64,000 nt of DNA from Planctomycetota bacterium (GTDB taxonomy: Bacteria > Planctomycetota > PLA2 > JAEUHO01): NCBI GenBank assembly GCA_050248855.1, contig JBFWRP010000005.1:8389-72388 (forward strand), in the 5' to 3' direction. Of the stretch, positions 37,223 through 46,770 are shown one piece after another; position 1 is the stretch's first letter, and the number at the start of each line of letters is the position of its first letter. The notes under the pieces are model-generated. The model made no database searches. It was not told the origin of the DNA and saw only the letters and a program-made list of their open reading frames with translations. A program made the position numbers and the translations under genes.

Positions 37223-39244
37223 ATGCCCATCCTCATCCGCTCCGTTCGCCGCTTGCCCCTCGCCCTCCAAGCCGCCGCCGTGGCGACCCTCCTCACCGCG
37301 TGCGGTGCTCCTACCGACACGCTGCGTCCGGCGACGCTGTCGATGTCGCCGCGCGTCGTGGACGCCAGTGCCAGCGCGCCGTGCGTGATCCGGGGCATGG
37401 ACTTCGGTGACGGGCCCGTCTCGGTGCGCCTCATCGACCATGACGGTCGCATCGTGGGCCCCGTGCGGACCACCGAGCCCAGTGCCGACGGCCACCAGCT
37501 GGCCATGCTGACGGCGATCCTGCCCGAGCTCGAAGACGACACGTGGGTGCGCGTGCAGATCCAGACGGCCGACGGGCGCATCGCCTGCACGGACGAGAAC
37601 GTGCTCGTGAAGGCCGGCGTCGAGGCGCCGCGCCTGATCGATGGCCGCGAGACCAACCCGTCGGACGCCGCCATGGGCTCGACCGGAATCGGTCTGCGAC
37701 GCGATGTGCCGCCGGCCTTCGCCGATGGGGTGGCGACGCTGGCCCGACCCGAGCAGAAGAACCCGCGCACCATCAGCAACACGTTGGTGGCGCAGCCGGC
37801 GGCCCTGCCGCCCGTGACCGGGGCGGTGCCCTCGGACCTGTTCTGGTGCTTCGGCCAGTTCCTCGACCACGACCTGGACCTCTCGCCCGAGAGCGAGAGC
37901 GGCGAGCGCGCCGACGTGGCGATCCCCGCAGGTGACCCGTGGTTCGACCCGTTCGCGACGGGCGCCGTCGTGCTGCCCTTCAAGCGCTCGGCCGCCCTCA
38001 CCGGGAGCGGCGACGGGCCTGGCGACCCGCGCCGGCCCATGAACGCCATCACGGCGTGGATCGACGGCTCGAACGTGTACGGCTCCGACCCGGAACGGGC
38101 CCGCGCGCTGCGCACGCTCGACGGCACGGGGCGCCTGCGGGTCGACGCCGAAGGCTTCCTGCCCCTCAACACGGAGGGCTTTCCCAACGCGCCTACGCCG
38201 CACGACCCCACGCTGTTCCTCGCGGGCGACGTCCGCGCCAACGAACAGGTCGGTCTGACGGCATTGCACACGATCTTCGTCCGCGAGCACAACCTCGTGG
38301 CCGACGAGCTGCGCGCGGCCAACCCGCACCTGTCCGGGGACGAGATCTACGAGGCGGCCCGCCGCTTCGTCGGCGCCGAGCTGCAGGCGATCGCCTACGA
38401 GGAGTTCCTCCCGACGCTGCTCGGCGAGGGCGCGCTGCCGCCGTACGCAGGCCTGCGCACGGACGAAGACGCCTCGATCGGCGTGTTGTTCTCGACGGCC
38501 GCGTTCCGCCTGGGCCACACGATGGTCGGCGGCACGATCCTCCGGCTCACGCGCTACGGGACGCCGCTTGCCGAGGGCCATCTGAGCCTGCGCGACGCGT
38601 TCTTCCAGCCGCAGATCCTGCGTACGGAGGGCGGTGTGGATCCCGTGCTACGCGGCTTGGCGGCCAACCCGGCCCAGGCGATCGACCCGTTCATCGTGGA
38701 CGACTTGCGCAACTTCCTGTTCGGCCCTCCCGGCGCCGGCGGCCTCGATCTCGCAGCCTTGAACATCCAGCGCGGTCGCGACCACGGCCTGCCGTCGTAC
38801 AACGCGTGTCGCGTGGCCTACGGCTTGGCGCCGCGCGCGTCGTTCGACGAGGTGACGAGCAACCCCGAGGTGCGCACGCGTCTCGCGGCCTGCTGGGACA
38901 GCCCCGATGTCGCCGACCCGTGGCCGGTGCTCCTGGCCGAGGACCGTGCTCCGCTCTCGCTCGTGGGCGAGACGCTGACGACGGTGCTCGCCGACCAGTT
39001 CCGCCGCGTGCGTGACGCCGACCGGTGCTGGTACGAACGGATCTACCTCGGCGAGACGTTGGCGCGTCTGAAGGCCACACGGCTCGCGGACGTGATCCGT
39101 CGCACGACGACGATCCGCAACGAGATCTCGAGCACGGCCATGCTGGTGCCCGAAGTCGGGGCCGCTTCCACCAAGGGCGCCGTGCGCGAGAGCACGCGCA
39201 GCGCCGCGGAGCTGGGCAAGGTGGCGCTGGCCTTGGCGAAGTAG
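37223..39244 (+). CDS. Animal-type haem peroxidase (An_peroxidase family) lipoprotein
   Basis: ATG at 37223. Lipobox LLTACG. Distal His motif FGQFLDHDL. Proximal region FRLGHTMV. Ca-binding-like LDGSNVYGS. 673 aa. The antisense 620-aa ORF is rejected. Confidence 0.8.
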   Translation: MPILIRSVRRLPLALQAAAVATLLTACGAPTDTLRPATLSMSPRVVDASASAPCVIRGMDFGDGPVSVRLIDHDGRIVGPVRTTEPSADGHQLAMLTAILPELEDDTWVRVQIQTADGRIACTDENVLVKAGVEAPRLIDGRETNPSDAAMGSTGIGLRRDVPPAFADGVATLARPEQKNPRTISNTLVAQPAALPPVTGAVPSDLFWCFGQFLDHDLDLSPESESGERADVAIPAGDPWFDPFATGAVVLPFKRSAALTGSGDGPGDPRRPMNAITAWIDGSNVYGSDPERARALRTLDGTGRLRVDAEGFLPLNTEGFPNAPTPHDPTLFLAGDVRANEQVGLTALHTIFVREHNLVADELRAANPHLSGDEIYEAARRFVGAELQAIAYEEFLPTLLGEGALPPYAGLRTDEDASIGVLFSTAAFRLGHTMVGGTILRLTRYGTPLAEGHLSLRDAFFQPQILRTEGGVDPVLRGLAANPAQAIDPFIVDDLRNFLFGPPGAGGLDLAALNIQRGRDHGLPSYNACRVAYGLAPRASFDEVTSNPEVRTRLAACWDSPDVADPWPVLLAEDRAPLSLVGETLTTVLADQFRRVRDADRCWYERIYLGETLARLKATRLADVIRRTTTIRNEISSTAMLVPEVGAASTKGAVRESTRSAAELGKVALALAK

Positions 39245-39261
39245 CGACCACGGCGCCGTGC

Positions 39262-39360
39262 CGTACGGAGTCGGGTGAGATTCCAACCTCGGGCCGCCAT
39301 GCCCTTCCGCATGGGTTGGGTCCTTGCGGCCCGAGGTTGGAATCTCACCCGACTCCGTAG
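39262..39360. repeat. Giant near-perfect palindromic element (35-bp arms, 29-nt loop) between convergent genes
   Basis: Left arm cgtacggagtcgggtgagattccaacctcgggccgc. Right arm gcggcccgaggttggaatctcacccgactccgtag. 34/35 pairing. The loop contains cttccgcatg. Confidence 0.85.
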
Positions 39361-39402
39361 CGCGGAAGCAGCGTCTACGGGTCGGAGCCCGAGGCCGCGA
39401 GG

Positions 39403-40425
39403 TCAGCGACCGGCGCGAGCGCCCTGCGTGACCTTCGCCAGGAGGCGCAGGTCGTCGGCGAGGTCGCGGAAGGCGTCGGGCTCCAGGGCCTGTTCGGCGT
39501 CGCAGCGGGCGCGCTCGGGACGCGCGTGCACCTCGACCATCACGCCATCGGCGCCCGCGGCGCACGCAGCGCGCGCCATGGGCGGCACGAAGCGGGCCTG
39601 CCCCGTGGCATGGCTCGGGTCCACGATCACCGGCAAATGCGACCGGGCCTTGGCCACCGGGACGGCAGCGAGGTCCAGCAGGTTGCGCGTGGCCGGGTCG
39701 AAGCCACGGACCCCACGCTCGCAGAGCACCACGTTGGGGTTGCCCTGCGCCAGCACGTACTCGGCCGCCAGCAGCCAGTCGGCCACGGTGGCGGAACGTC
39801 CGCGCTTCAAGAGCACGGGATGGCCGCTGCGCCCGACCTCGACCAGCAGGTCGAAGTTGCTCATGTTGCGCGTGCCGATCTGCAACATGTCGACGTTGCT
39901 GACGCACGCCTCGACGTGGCGCGGGTCCGTGACTTCGCTCACCACCGGCAGCCCCGTCGACAAGCCGACTTCGCGCAGGATGCGCAGGCCCTCGAGGCCC
40001 ATGCCGCGGAACGCATAGGGGCTGGTGCGCGGCTTGTAGGCCCCACCGCGCAGCATGTCGGCACCGGCCGACTTCACGGCCTGCGCCGTGGCCATCAGCT
40101 GGTCGCTGCTCTCGACGGCGCAGGGGCCCGCGATCAGCGTGAACCCGCCACCCCCGATGCGATGGCCGCGCACCGTCACGACCGTCGGCTCGGACTGGTG
40201 CTCGCGACCGGCCAGGGCGTAGGGCTCGGTGAGCGTGACCACCTTGCGCACGCCCGGCAGCAGCGTCAGTGGCGTGTGGCGCAGCTCGTCGAGGTCGCCC
40301 TCGACGACCCAGAGCGCACCGTAGGGGCTCTGGGTCTCGCGCCACGTGCAGCCGGCGCTCTTGACCACGTCGTCCAGCGCGTCGCGGTCGGCCTCGCGGA
40401 TGCGGGGGTCGAGGAGGATCAGCAT
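39403..40425 (-). CDS. 3-deoxy-7-phosphoheptulonate (DAHP) synthase, class I-beta with N-terminal regulatory domain
   Basis: ATG at 40425. LIAGPCAVES...KPRTSPY...GLPVVSEV...DPSHATG motifs of the KDO8P/DAHP synthase I-beta family. 340 aa. Confidence 0.85.
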   Translation of the reverse strand: MLILLDPRIREADRDALDDVVKSAGCTWRETQSPYGALWVVEGDLDELRHTPLTLLPGVRKVVTLTEPYALAGREHQSEPTVVTVRGHRIGGGGFTLIAGPCAVESSDQLMATAQAVKSAGADMLRGGAYKPRTSPYAFRGMGLEGLRILREVGLSTGLPVVSEVTDPRHVEACVSNVDMLQIGTRNMSNFDLLVEVGRSGHPVLLKRGRSATVADWLLAAEYVLAQGNPNVVLCERGVRGFDPATRNLLDLAAVPVAKARSHLPVIVDPSHATGQARFVPPMARAACAAGADGVMVEVHARPERARCDAEQALEPDAFRDLADDLRLLAKVTQGARAGR

Positions 40426-40568
40426 GGCGGGCGGAGTGTACGGCTGGCGGCACCGCCCGCCCCCGGGTGTCCGGGCGTGAGAGCGTCCCGACCGGGGGTG
40501 CGCGGGCGCGGTTCGCCGCGTGCCCGGCGGCGCCTGCTCCGGAGGCCCGTGGCGGGTACGCTCCCGCC

Positions 40569-41318
40569 ATGAACGCTTCGCGCATCCCTCTCGTCGCCGG
40601 CAACTGGAAGATGCACGGGTCCCGCGCCGAGGCGCGGGCCTGGGCTCGCGCGGCGGCGGGGAACGCCGCACGCGCATCGTGCGACGTGGCCGTCTTTCCA
40701 CCGGCACCTTGGCTCGTGGACGTCGTGGAGGCGGCAGGCCCCAAGGTGCTCGTGGGCGCACAGGCCTGCGACGCGCGCGCGTCGGGGGCTTTCACCGGCG
40801 CCGTCTCGGCCGCGATGGTCGCGGACACGGGCGCCACCCTCGTCCTCTGCGGCCACTCCGAGCGCCGCCACGTCTTCGGCGAGTCGGACGAGCACGTCGC
40901 CGCCAGCGCGGAACGGGCCTGGGAGGCGGGGCTGACGCCCGTCCTCTGCGTGGGCGAGACCCTCGCGGAACGTCGGGCGGGGCGCACGCGCGAGGTCGTC
41001 CTGCGCCAGCTGCTCGCCGTGTTGGGTCGGGTGCCCGGGCCCAGCGCCCCCCTGATCCTCGCCTACGAGCCGGTCTGGGCCATCGGCACGGGCCAGGCGG
41101 CCACGCCCCTGGAGGCCGCCGAGGCCCACGGCTGGCTCCGGGCAGCCGTGGCCGAGCGGGACGCCGATCGGGCCGCGGCGCTGCGAATCCTCTACGGGGG
41201 CAGCGTCAAGCCCGACAACATGGGGGGCTTCCTCGCCGTGGACGATGTGGACGGCGCCCTCGTGGGCGGCGCATCCCTCGACCCGGAGAGCTTTGCCCGC
41301 CTCCTGCTCCTGGCCTGA
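40569..41318 (+). CDS. tpiA: Triosephosphate isomerase
   Basis: AGNWKMHG start. CGHSERR. AYEPVWAIGTG. 249 aa. Confidence 0.9.
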   Translation: MNASRIPLVAGNWKMHGSRAEARAWARAAAGNAARASCDVAVFPPAPWLVDVVEAAGPKVLVGAQACDARASGAFTGAVSAAMVADTGATLVLCGHSERRHVFGESDEHVAASAERAWEAGLTPVLCVGETLAERRAGRTREVVLRQLLAVLGRVPGPSAPLILAYEPVWAIGTGQAATPLEAAEAHGWLRAAVAERDADRAAALRILYGGSVKPDNMGGFLAVDDVDGALVGGASLDPESFARLLLLA

Positions 41319-41330
41319 CGAGAGAACCGC

Positions 41331-41870
41331 ATGGACTTCCTGACCTCCGACCTCCTCACGCTCGCCGCTTGGACGGACATCCTCCGCGGCGTCGTGCTGG
41401 TGCTCTTCGTGCTGAGCGCGCTGCTCGTGCTGCTCGTCGTGCTCGCCCAGGAAGGCAAGGGTGGTGGTCTCTCCGGCGCCTTCGGTGGCGCGGGTGCGGA
41501 GACGTTCGGCGTGAAGGCGGGCACCGTGAATGCCTTCACCTCGTGGATCGCCGTGGCGTTCCTCGGCTTGGCGCTCGTCTACGCGGGCCTGAGCTCGGTA
41601 GGCAAGGACCGCGAGGGAGCTTCGGGCGTCAGCACGGAGCAGTTCACGGGGGAGACGGAGGCGACCGACGCCTCGGGGACCGAGAGCGGCGCGGCGGGCG
41701 CGGAAGCGGCCGGCACCGCGGGCGACGCCAGCGGTGACAGCGACGCCAGCGGTGACAGCGACGCCAGCGCTGGCAGCGAGGCCGGCAGCGGCACGGCGAC
41801 CAACGGCGGCGACGGGACCGGGACCGGCGACGACGGTGGTGGTACCAACGGCGGCGACGAGGGTCGTTGA
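41331..41870 (+). CDS. secG: Preprotein translocase subunit SecG with extended acidic Gly/Asp/Ser-rich tail
   Basis: Two TM segments. LAQEGKGGGLSGAFGG signature. Conserved tpiA-secG synteny. About 80-aa low-complexity tail. Confidence 0.8.
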   Translation: MDFLTSDLLTLAAWTDILRGVVLVLFVLSALLVLLVVLAQEGKGGGLSGAFGGAGAETFGVKAGTVNAFTSWIAVAFLGLALVYAGLSSVGKDREGASGVSTEQFTGETEATDASGTESGAAGAEAAGTAGDASGDSDASGDSDASAGSEAGSGTATNGGDGTGTGDDGGGTNGGDEGR

Positions 41871-41905
41871 CCGCGCAGGCGACTGACGCGATGTCGCCTC
41901 GGCCC

Positions 41906-42784
41906 ATGGCCCGCGTCCGCTCCATGACCGGTGCCGCGACAGCCTCCAAGGACGTCGCCGGGGGCCGCCTCGATCTCGAGGTCCGCTCCGTCAACCACCG
42001 CTTCCTCAAGGTGGGCGTGCGCGTAGAGGGCCGGCTACCCCGCGTGGAGCCGCTGGCCGAAGCGGCAGCCAAGGCGCACCTCGAGCGGGGCCACGTGTCC
42101 TACGGTCTGCGGCTGGCGTCCCCGGGGGGCCCCTCGCTGGCGTCCCTGGACGAGGCCGCGTTCGCCGAGGCCGCCGCGACGTTGAGGCGCTTGGCCACGA
42201 TGCATGGCCTGGAGACCGTCAGCGTGCGCGACGTGCTCCAGGTGCCCGGCGTACTGCGTGGGGCCGGCGAGCCGGACGAGGCCCTGGAACCTGCGATCGC
42301 CGCGCTGCTCGACGAAGGGACGCGAGCCCTCGTCGTCAGCCGCGAGCGCGAAGGCCAGGCGCTGGCAGGGGCGCTCGGAGCGCATCTGGATCGCATCGCG
42401 GAGCTGGTCGGCGAGCTGACGGCGCGCGCCGATGCCGTGCCCGAGGCGCTTCGTGCGCGTGTCCGCGAGCGCGTCGAGGTGCTTCTCGAGGGCACCGGCA
42501 CCAGCCTCGATGCAGGCCAGCTCGAGCGGGAGATCGCCTGGCTCGCCGACCGCGCCGACGTCCGGGAGGAGCTGGCACGGCTGGAGGCCCACGTCGGCCA
42601 CGCGCGCGACTTGCTCTCCGAGGGCGGCGCGATCGGCAAGCGACTGGACTTCCTCGCGCAGGAGCTGCTGCGCGAGGTGAACACGGTCGGCAGCAAGACG
42701 CCCGACCTCGCGTCCACGCACCATGTCCTGGCGCTCAAGACCGAGGTGGAGCGCCTGCGCGAGCAGGTCCAGAACGTGGAGTAG
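41906..42784 (+). CDS. yicC: YicC-family stress-induced protein
   Basis: RSMTGAA start (YicC_N). C-terminal GKRLDFLAQELLREVNTVGSKT (DUF1732). The start could be 41867. Confidence 0.75.
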   Translation: MARVRSMTGAATASKDVAGGRLDLEVRSVNHRFLKVGVRVEGRLPRVEPLAEAAAKAHLERGHVSYGLRLASPGGPSLASLDEAAFAEAAATLRRLATMHGLETVSVRDVLQVPGVLRGAGEPDEALEPAIAALLDEGTRALVVSREREGQALAGALGAHLDRIAELVGELTARADAVPEALRARVRERVEVLLEGTGTSLDAGQLEREIAWLADRADVREELARLEAHVGHARDLLSEGGAIGKRLDFLAQELLREVNTVGSKTPDLASTHHVLALKTEVERLREQVQNVE

Positions 42785-42792
42785 CGCCCGCG

Positions 42793-43401
42793 ATGTCGCG
42801 CGCCCCAGCCTCTCCCTACCCGTTCCTGCTCGTGGTGAGCGGCCCCAGCGGTGCGGGCAAGACGAGCCTCGCCCGCATGCTGTTGGAGCGGGATGCTCGC
42901 TTCGCCCGTGCCGTCACGGCCACGACACGCGCCCCGCGCGGCGACGAGCGCCATGGCGTCCACTACCACTTCCTCGACCCCGCGACCTTCGAGGCGGGCG
43001 TGGAAGAGGGCGCGTTCCTCGAGCACGCCGAGGTCTACGGCCATCGCTACGGCACGCCGCGAGCGAGCGTCGAGACCGTCCTCGCGGCGGGGCGCCTGGG
43101 CCTGCTCGTGGTGGACGTCCAGGGGGTCCGGAACCTGCGCGCCGTCCTGGCCGGCGCGCCCTGGCCCGTGCACTTCGTGTTCGTCCGGACACCCGACTTG
43201 GCCACGCTCGAGGCGCGCCTGGCGGCCCGCGGCGAGGACGATGCGGCCACCATCGCCCGGCGGCTGGAGGAGGCCCGGGTCGAGGAGGCCGAGGCCCCGA
43301 CCTTCGACCTCGTCGTGGTCAACGACGACCTCGAATCGGCGTTCGGGAGGCTCGAAGAGGCCGTCCAGGGATGGACGGAGGCCCCGCCGCGGGCACACTG
43401 A
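42793..43401 (+). CDS. gmk: Guanylate kinase
   Basis: P-loop GPSGAGKTS. HYHF and RYGT motifs. 202 aa. Confidence 0.9.
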   Translation: MSRAPASPYPFLLVVSGPSGAGKTSLARMLLERDARFARAVTATTRAPRGDERHGVHYHFLDPATFEAGVEEGAFLEHAEVYGHRYGTPRASVETVLAAGRLGLLVVDVQGVRNLRAVLAGAPWPVHFVFVRTPDLATLEARLAARGEDDAATIARRLEEARVEEAEAPTFDLVVVNDDLESAFGRLEEAVQGWTEAPPRAH

Positions 43402-43441
43402 ACGGTTGCCGGGGGGACTTCCTCCCGGCCTGGAGGACGCC

Positions 43442-43648
43442 ATGGAAGAGAAGATCCGCATCTTGGACGAGCTCGAAGAGCGCGTGGGCGGACGGTTCTC
43501 CCTGACGGCCCTCCTGCAAAAGCGCGTGCGCGAGCTCGTCGCCGGAGCACCGCGCCTGGTCGAGAGCAAGTCCGACAACCCGATCGACATCGCCATCGAG
43601 GAAGTGCGCGCGGGCAAGATCGAGCTGGTCCCCGAGGATGCAGACTGA
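43442..43648 (+). CDS. rpoZ: DNA-directed RNA polymerase subunit omega
   Basis: 68 aa, MEEKIRILDELEERVGGRFSLTALLQKRVREL. Conserved gmk-rpoZ synteny. Confidence 0.85.
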   Translation: MEEKIRILDELEERVGGRFSLTALLQKRVRELVAGAPRLVESKSDNPIDIAIEEVRAGKIELVPEDAD

Positions 43649-44231
43649 CCCGCGCATGACCCGCGTCGTCGTGGCCGTAGGCGGCAGCATCGCCGCCTAC
43701 AAGGCCTGCGATCTCGTCTCCAAGCTCGTGCAAACACGGATCACGGTCGACGTGGTCCTCTCGCGCAACGCCCTGAGGTTCGTGCAGCCCCTCGCGTTTG
43801 CGGCCCTCACCCATCGCCCGACGTTCACCGACGAGCGCCTCTGGGACGATCGCCTGGGCGAAGGCGGCCCGGCCAAGCACCTGCGCATCACCGAGCAGGC
43901 CGACCTGCTCGTCGTGGCGCCGGCCACCGCCGACTTGATCGGCAAGATGGCCAACGGCATCGCCGACGAGATCGTCTCCACGACCTACCTCGGCGCGGCG
44001 TGCCCCGTCCTGGTGGCGCCCGCCATGAACCACCGCATGTGGGCCAGTCCCCGCGTGCAGGCCAACCTCGAGGTCTTGAAGGGCGACGGGGTCGAGGTCG
44101 TCGGCCCCGTCACGGGCTGGCTCGCCGAGGGCGAGCACGGCATGGGCCGGATGGAGGAGCCCGAGCTGATCCGGGCCGCCATCGCGGCACGCCTGCTCGA
44201 GCGTGGCGGCACGCCGGCGGCGGAAACGTAG
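43638..44231 (+). CDS. coaC: Phosphopantothenoylcysteine decarboxylase (flavoprotein, CoaC domain only)
   Basis: VGGSIAAYKA flavin-binding start. PAMNHRMW motif. 197 aa. The start may be the ATG at 43656. Confidence 0.8.
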   Translation: MQTDPRMTRVVVAVGGSIAAYKACDLVSKLVQTRITVDVVLSRNALRFVQPLAFAALTHRPTFTDERLWDDRLGEGGPAKHLRITEQADLLVVAPATADLIGKMANGIADEIVSTTYLGAACPVLVAPAMNHRMWASPRVQANLEVLKGDGVEVVGPVTGWLAEGEHGMGRMEEPELIRAAIAARLLERGGTPAAET

Positions 44232-44328
44232 GCACCACGTAGCCCGCCCGCCGCCCTCCGGGGCGCCGCCGGCCGGATCCGCCGCCGCCCTGAATCGACA
44301 GGGGCCCTCGCCCGATCCATGCGCCTGT

Positions 44329-46770
44329 ATGGCCGCACGATCCACCTCTGCCGCCGCGAGCAAGAGCCGCGCGCGGACCCGTAGTCCTGCCGTCGAGGCG
44401 GAGCCCATCGGCCTCGAGCTGATCGGCTTGGCCCTCGGTCTGGCCTCCTTGCTGTTGTTGGCGGCATTGGCGACCCAGGCTCCCGCGTCCGCGGGCGGGG
44501 GCTGGCGCAACGCCGTCGGAGCGACGGGTCGCGTGGTCGCGCAGGCGCTGACGGGGGCGCTGGGCCTCGGGGCGCTGGCCGCACCGATCTTCGGCCTGAC
44601 CTGGGCGATCGCCTGCCTGCGCGGGCGGCCGCCTGGACGCTGGGCGCTCAAGGCCGCCCTGCTGCCCGTCGCGATGGCCCTCGTGGCCGTGCTGGCGGCC
44701 CTGCTCTTCGAGCGGCTGCACCTGCCGGGCGTCGACCGCTACGGACCCGGGGGCTACTTCGGCCTCGCGCTGGGCACCGCGCTGTATGACGTGATCGGAC
44801 CGTCCTCGAGCCTCGTGCTCGCCGTCGGTCTGCTCGCGGTCGGGGCGTTGCTCGTGGACTTGTCCATCTCCGGCGTCGCGCGGGGCGTCCTGTCCCGCGC
44901 CGGCTCCCCGTCCACCGCGAAGACCTCGCGCAAGGCCAAGCCGCGCCGCGCTCGCGAGGCCGACGAAGTCACGAGCGAAGACGAGACGTGGGACGACGCG
45001 GAGGACGAGGACGAGGAGGGCGACGAGGAGTACGACGAGGACGAGTACGAAGACGACGAGGAGTGGGACGAGGAGGACGAAGACGACGAGGAGGACGAGG
45101 ACGACGAGGCGGAGGCCGAGGACGACGACGATCCCGCGCGTGCGGAGGCGGCGGCCCGGCGGGCCGCGGCCCGCGAGCGCCGCGAGCTGCCTCCGGTCCC
45201 CCGCGACAAGAAGCCCTGGAAGCCCAAGGGCAAGTACGTCCCGCCCCCCATCGAGCTCCTGGCCTGCGGCAAGTCCGTCGAGGAGGCCAACGTCAAGGAG
45301 GAGGTCGAGGCCCGCGCCGACACCCTCGAGGAGACGCTCCGGGCCTTCCGGATCGAGGCCAAGGTGGTCAGCTACCGCCGCGGCCCGGTCATCACGTTCT
45401 ACGAGGTCCAGGTGCCGCCGGGCGTGGCGGGCAGCCAGGTCGCCAAGCGCGCCGACGACATCGGCCGGGCGCTCAAGGTCGGCAAGGTCCGCGTCGTCAC
45501 GAACATGCGCGGCTTGGACACGATCGGCATCGAGGTAGGCAACGAGCAGCGCGACGACGTGACGCTGCGTGACTTGCTCGAGGAGTCGGGGCCCAAGATC
45601 GACCGTCTCGAGATCCCGCTGCTGCTCGGCCGCGACACGTCGGGACGCCCCGTCGTGGAGGATCTGGCCAAGATGCCGCACTGCTTGATCGCAGGCGCCA
45701 CGGGCGCGGGCAAGAGCGTGTGCATCAACTCCGTGCTGCAGTCGATCCTGTTCACGCGCGGGCCCGACGAGGTCAACCTGATCCTCGTGGACCCCAAGCA
45801 GGTCGAGCTGGCCTCCTACGAGGGCATCCCGCACTTGGCCACGGGCGTCGAGACCGACCCCAAGCGGGCCGGCAAGATCCTGCAGTGGGCCGTGGAGCGG
45901 ATGGAGGAGCGCTACCACCAGCTCAAGTGCACGGGCGTGCGCAACGTCAAGGGCTACAACGACCTGCCCGCGGCCCGGCGCGCAGCCTCCCGCGAGCGCC
46001 ACGGGATGGACGAGGAGACGCTGCCCGACCGCCTGCCCTACATCGTGATCGTGGTCGACGAAATGGCCGACCTCATCATGACGGGCGGCAAGGACGTCGA
46101 GCTGGCCATCACCCGCTTGGCGCAGAAGAGCCGCGCGGTCGGCATCCACCTGATCCTGGCCACGCAGCGCCCCGAGCGCACCGTCATCACGGGCCTCATC
46201 AAGGCCAACATGCCGACGCGCATCGCCTTCACCGTGTCGAGCAAGCTCGACAGCCGCGTCGTGCTCGACCAGAACGGCGCCGAGGCCCTGCTCGGCATGG
46301 GCGACATGCTCTTCCTCTCGCCGCGCAGCATGTTCCCGATCCGCGGCCAGGGCGCGCTGGTCACCGACGACGAGGTGCTCGAGGTCGTGCAGGACCTCAA
46401 GAACAAGTACCCGGACGTCGAGTACCAGGACCTGCTCAAGCAGCAGCAACAGACGCAGGGCGATCCCATGGCCCGCGACGAGCTCTACAACGACGCCGTG
46501 CGGCTCGTGCTCTCCAAGAAGCTCGGTAGCGCCAGCATGCTCCAGCGCTGCATGGGCATCGGCTACACACGGGCCTCGCGGCTCATCGAGATGATGGAGG
46601 AGCAGGGCGTGGTGGGCCCCCACCAGGGCAGCAAGGCGCGCGAGCTCTACGTGGACCTGGACGAGTGGGAGGCCGACCTGGCCGCCCGCGGCCCGGCCGA
46701 GAGCCCGGAAGGCCCGACGGCCGAGTACGACCACGACGACCCGCCCGCCGTCGACACCAGCTGGGACTAG
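44329..46770 (+). CDS. ftsK: DNA translocase FtsK
   Basis: N-terminal 4-TM domain. Long acidic linker. Motor with Walker A GATGAGKS and Walker B [8 protein letters not shown]. C-terminal gamma winged helix [31 protein letters not shown]. 813 aa. Confidence 0.9.
   Translation: [813 protein letters not shown]
44995..45135. repeat. Low-complexity GAN/GAG acidic coding tract (D/E run in the FtsK linker)
   Basis: Encodes [46 protein letters not shown]. Confidence 0.7.

Noticed and set aside
36719-38581. 620-aa - ORF
   Set aside because: It is antisense to the animal haem peroxidase gene.
38648-40987. 779-aa - ORF
   Set aside because: It spans the peroxidase 3-prime end, a palindromic repeat and the DAHP synthase on the wrong strand or frame. 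It has no motifs.
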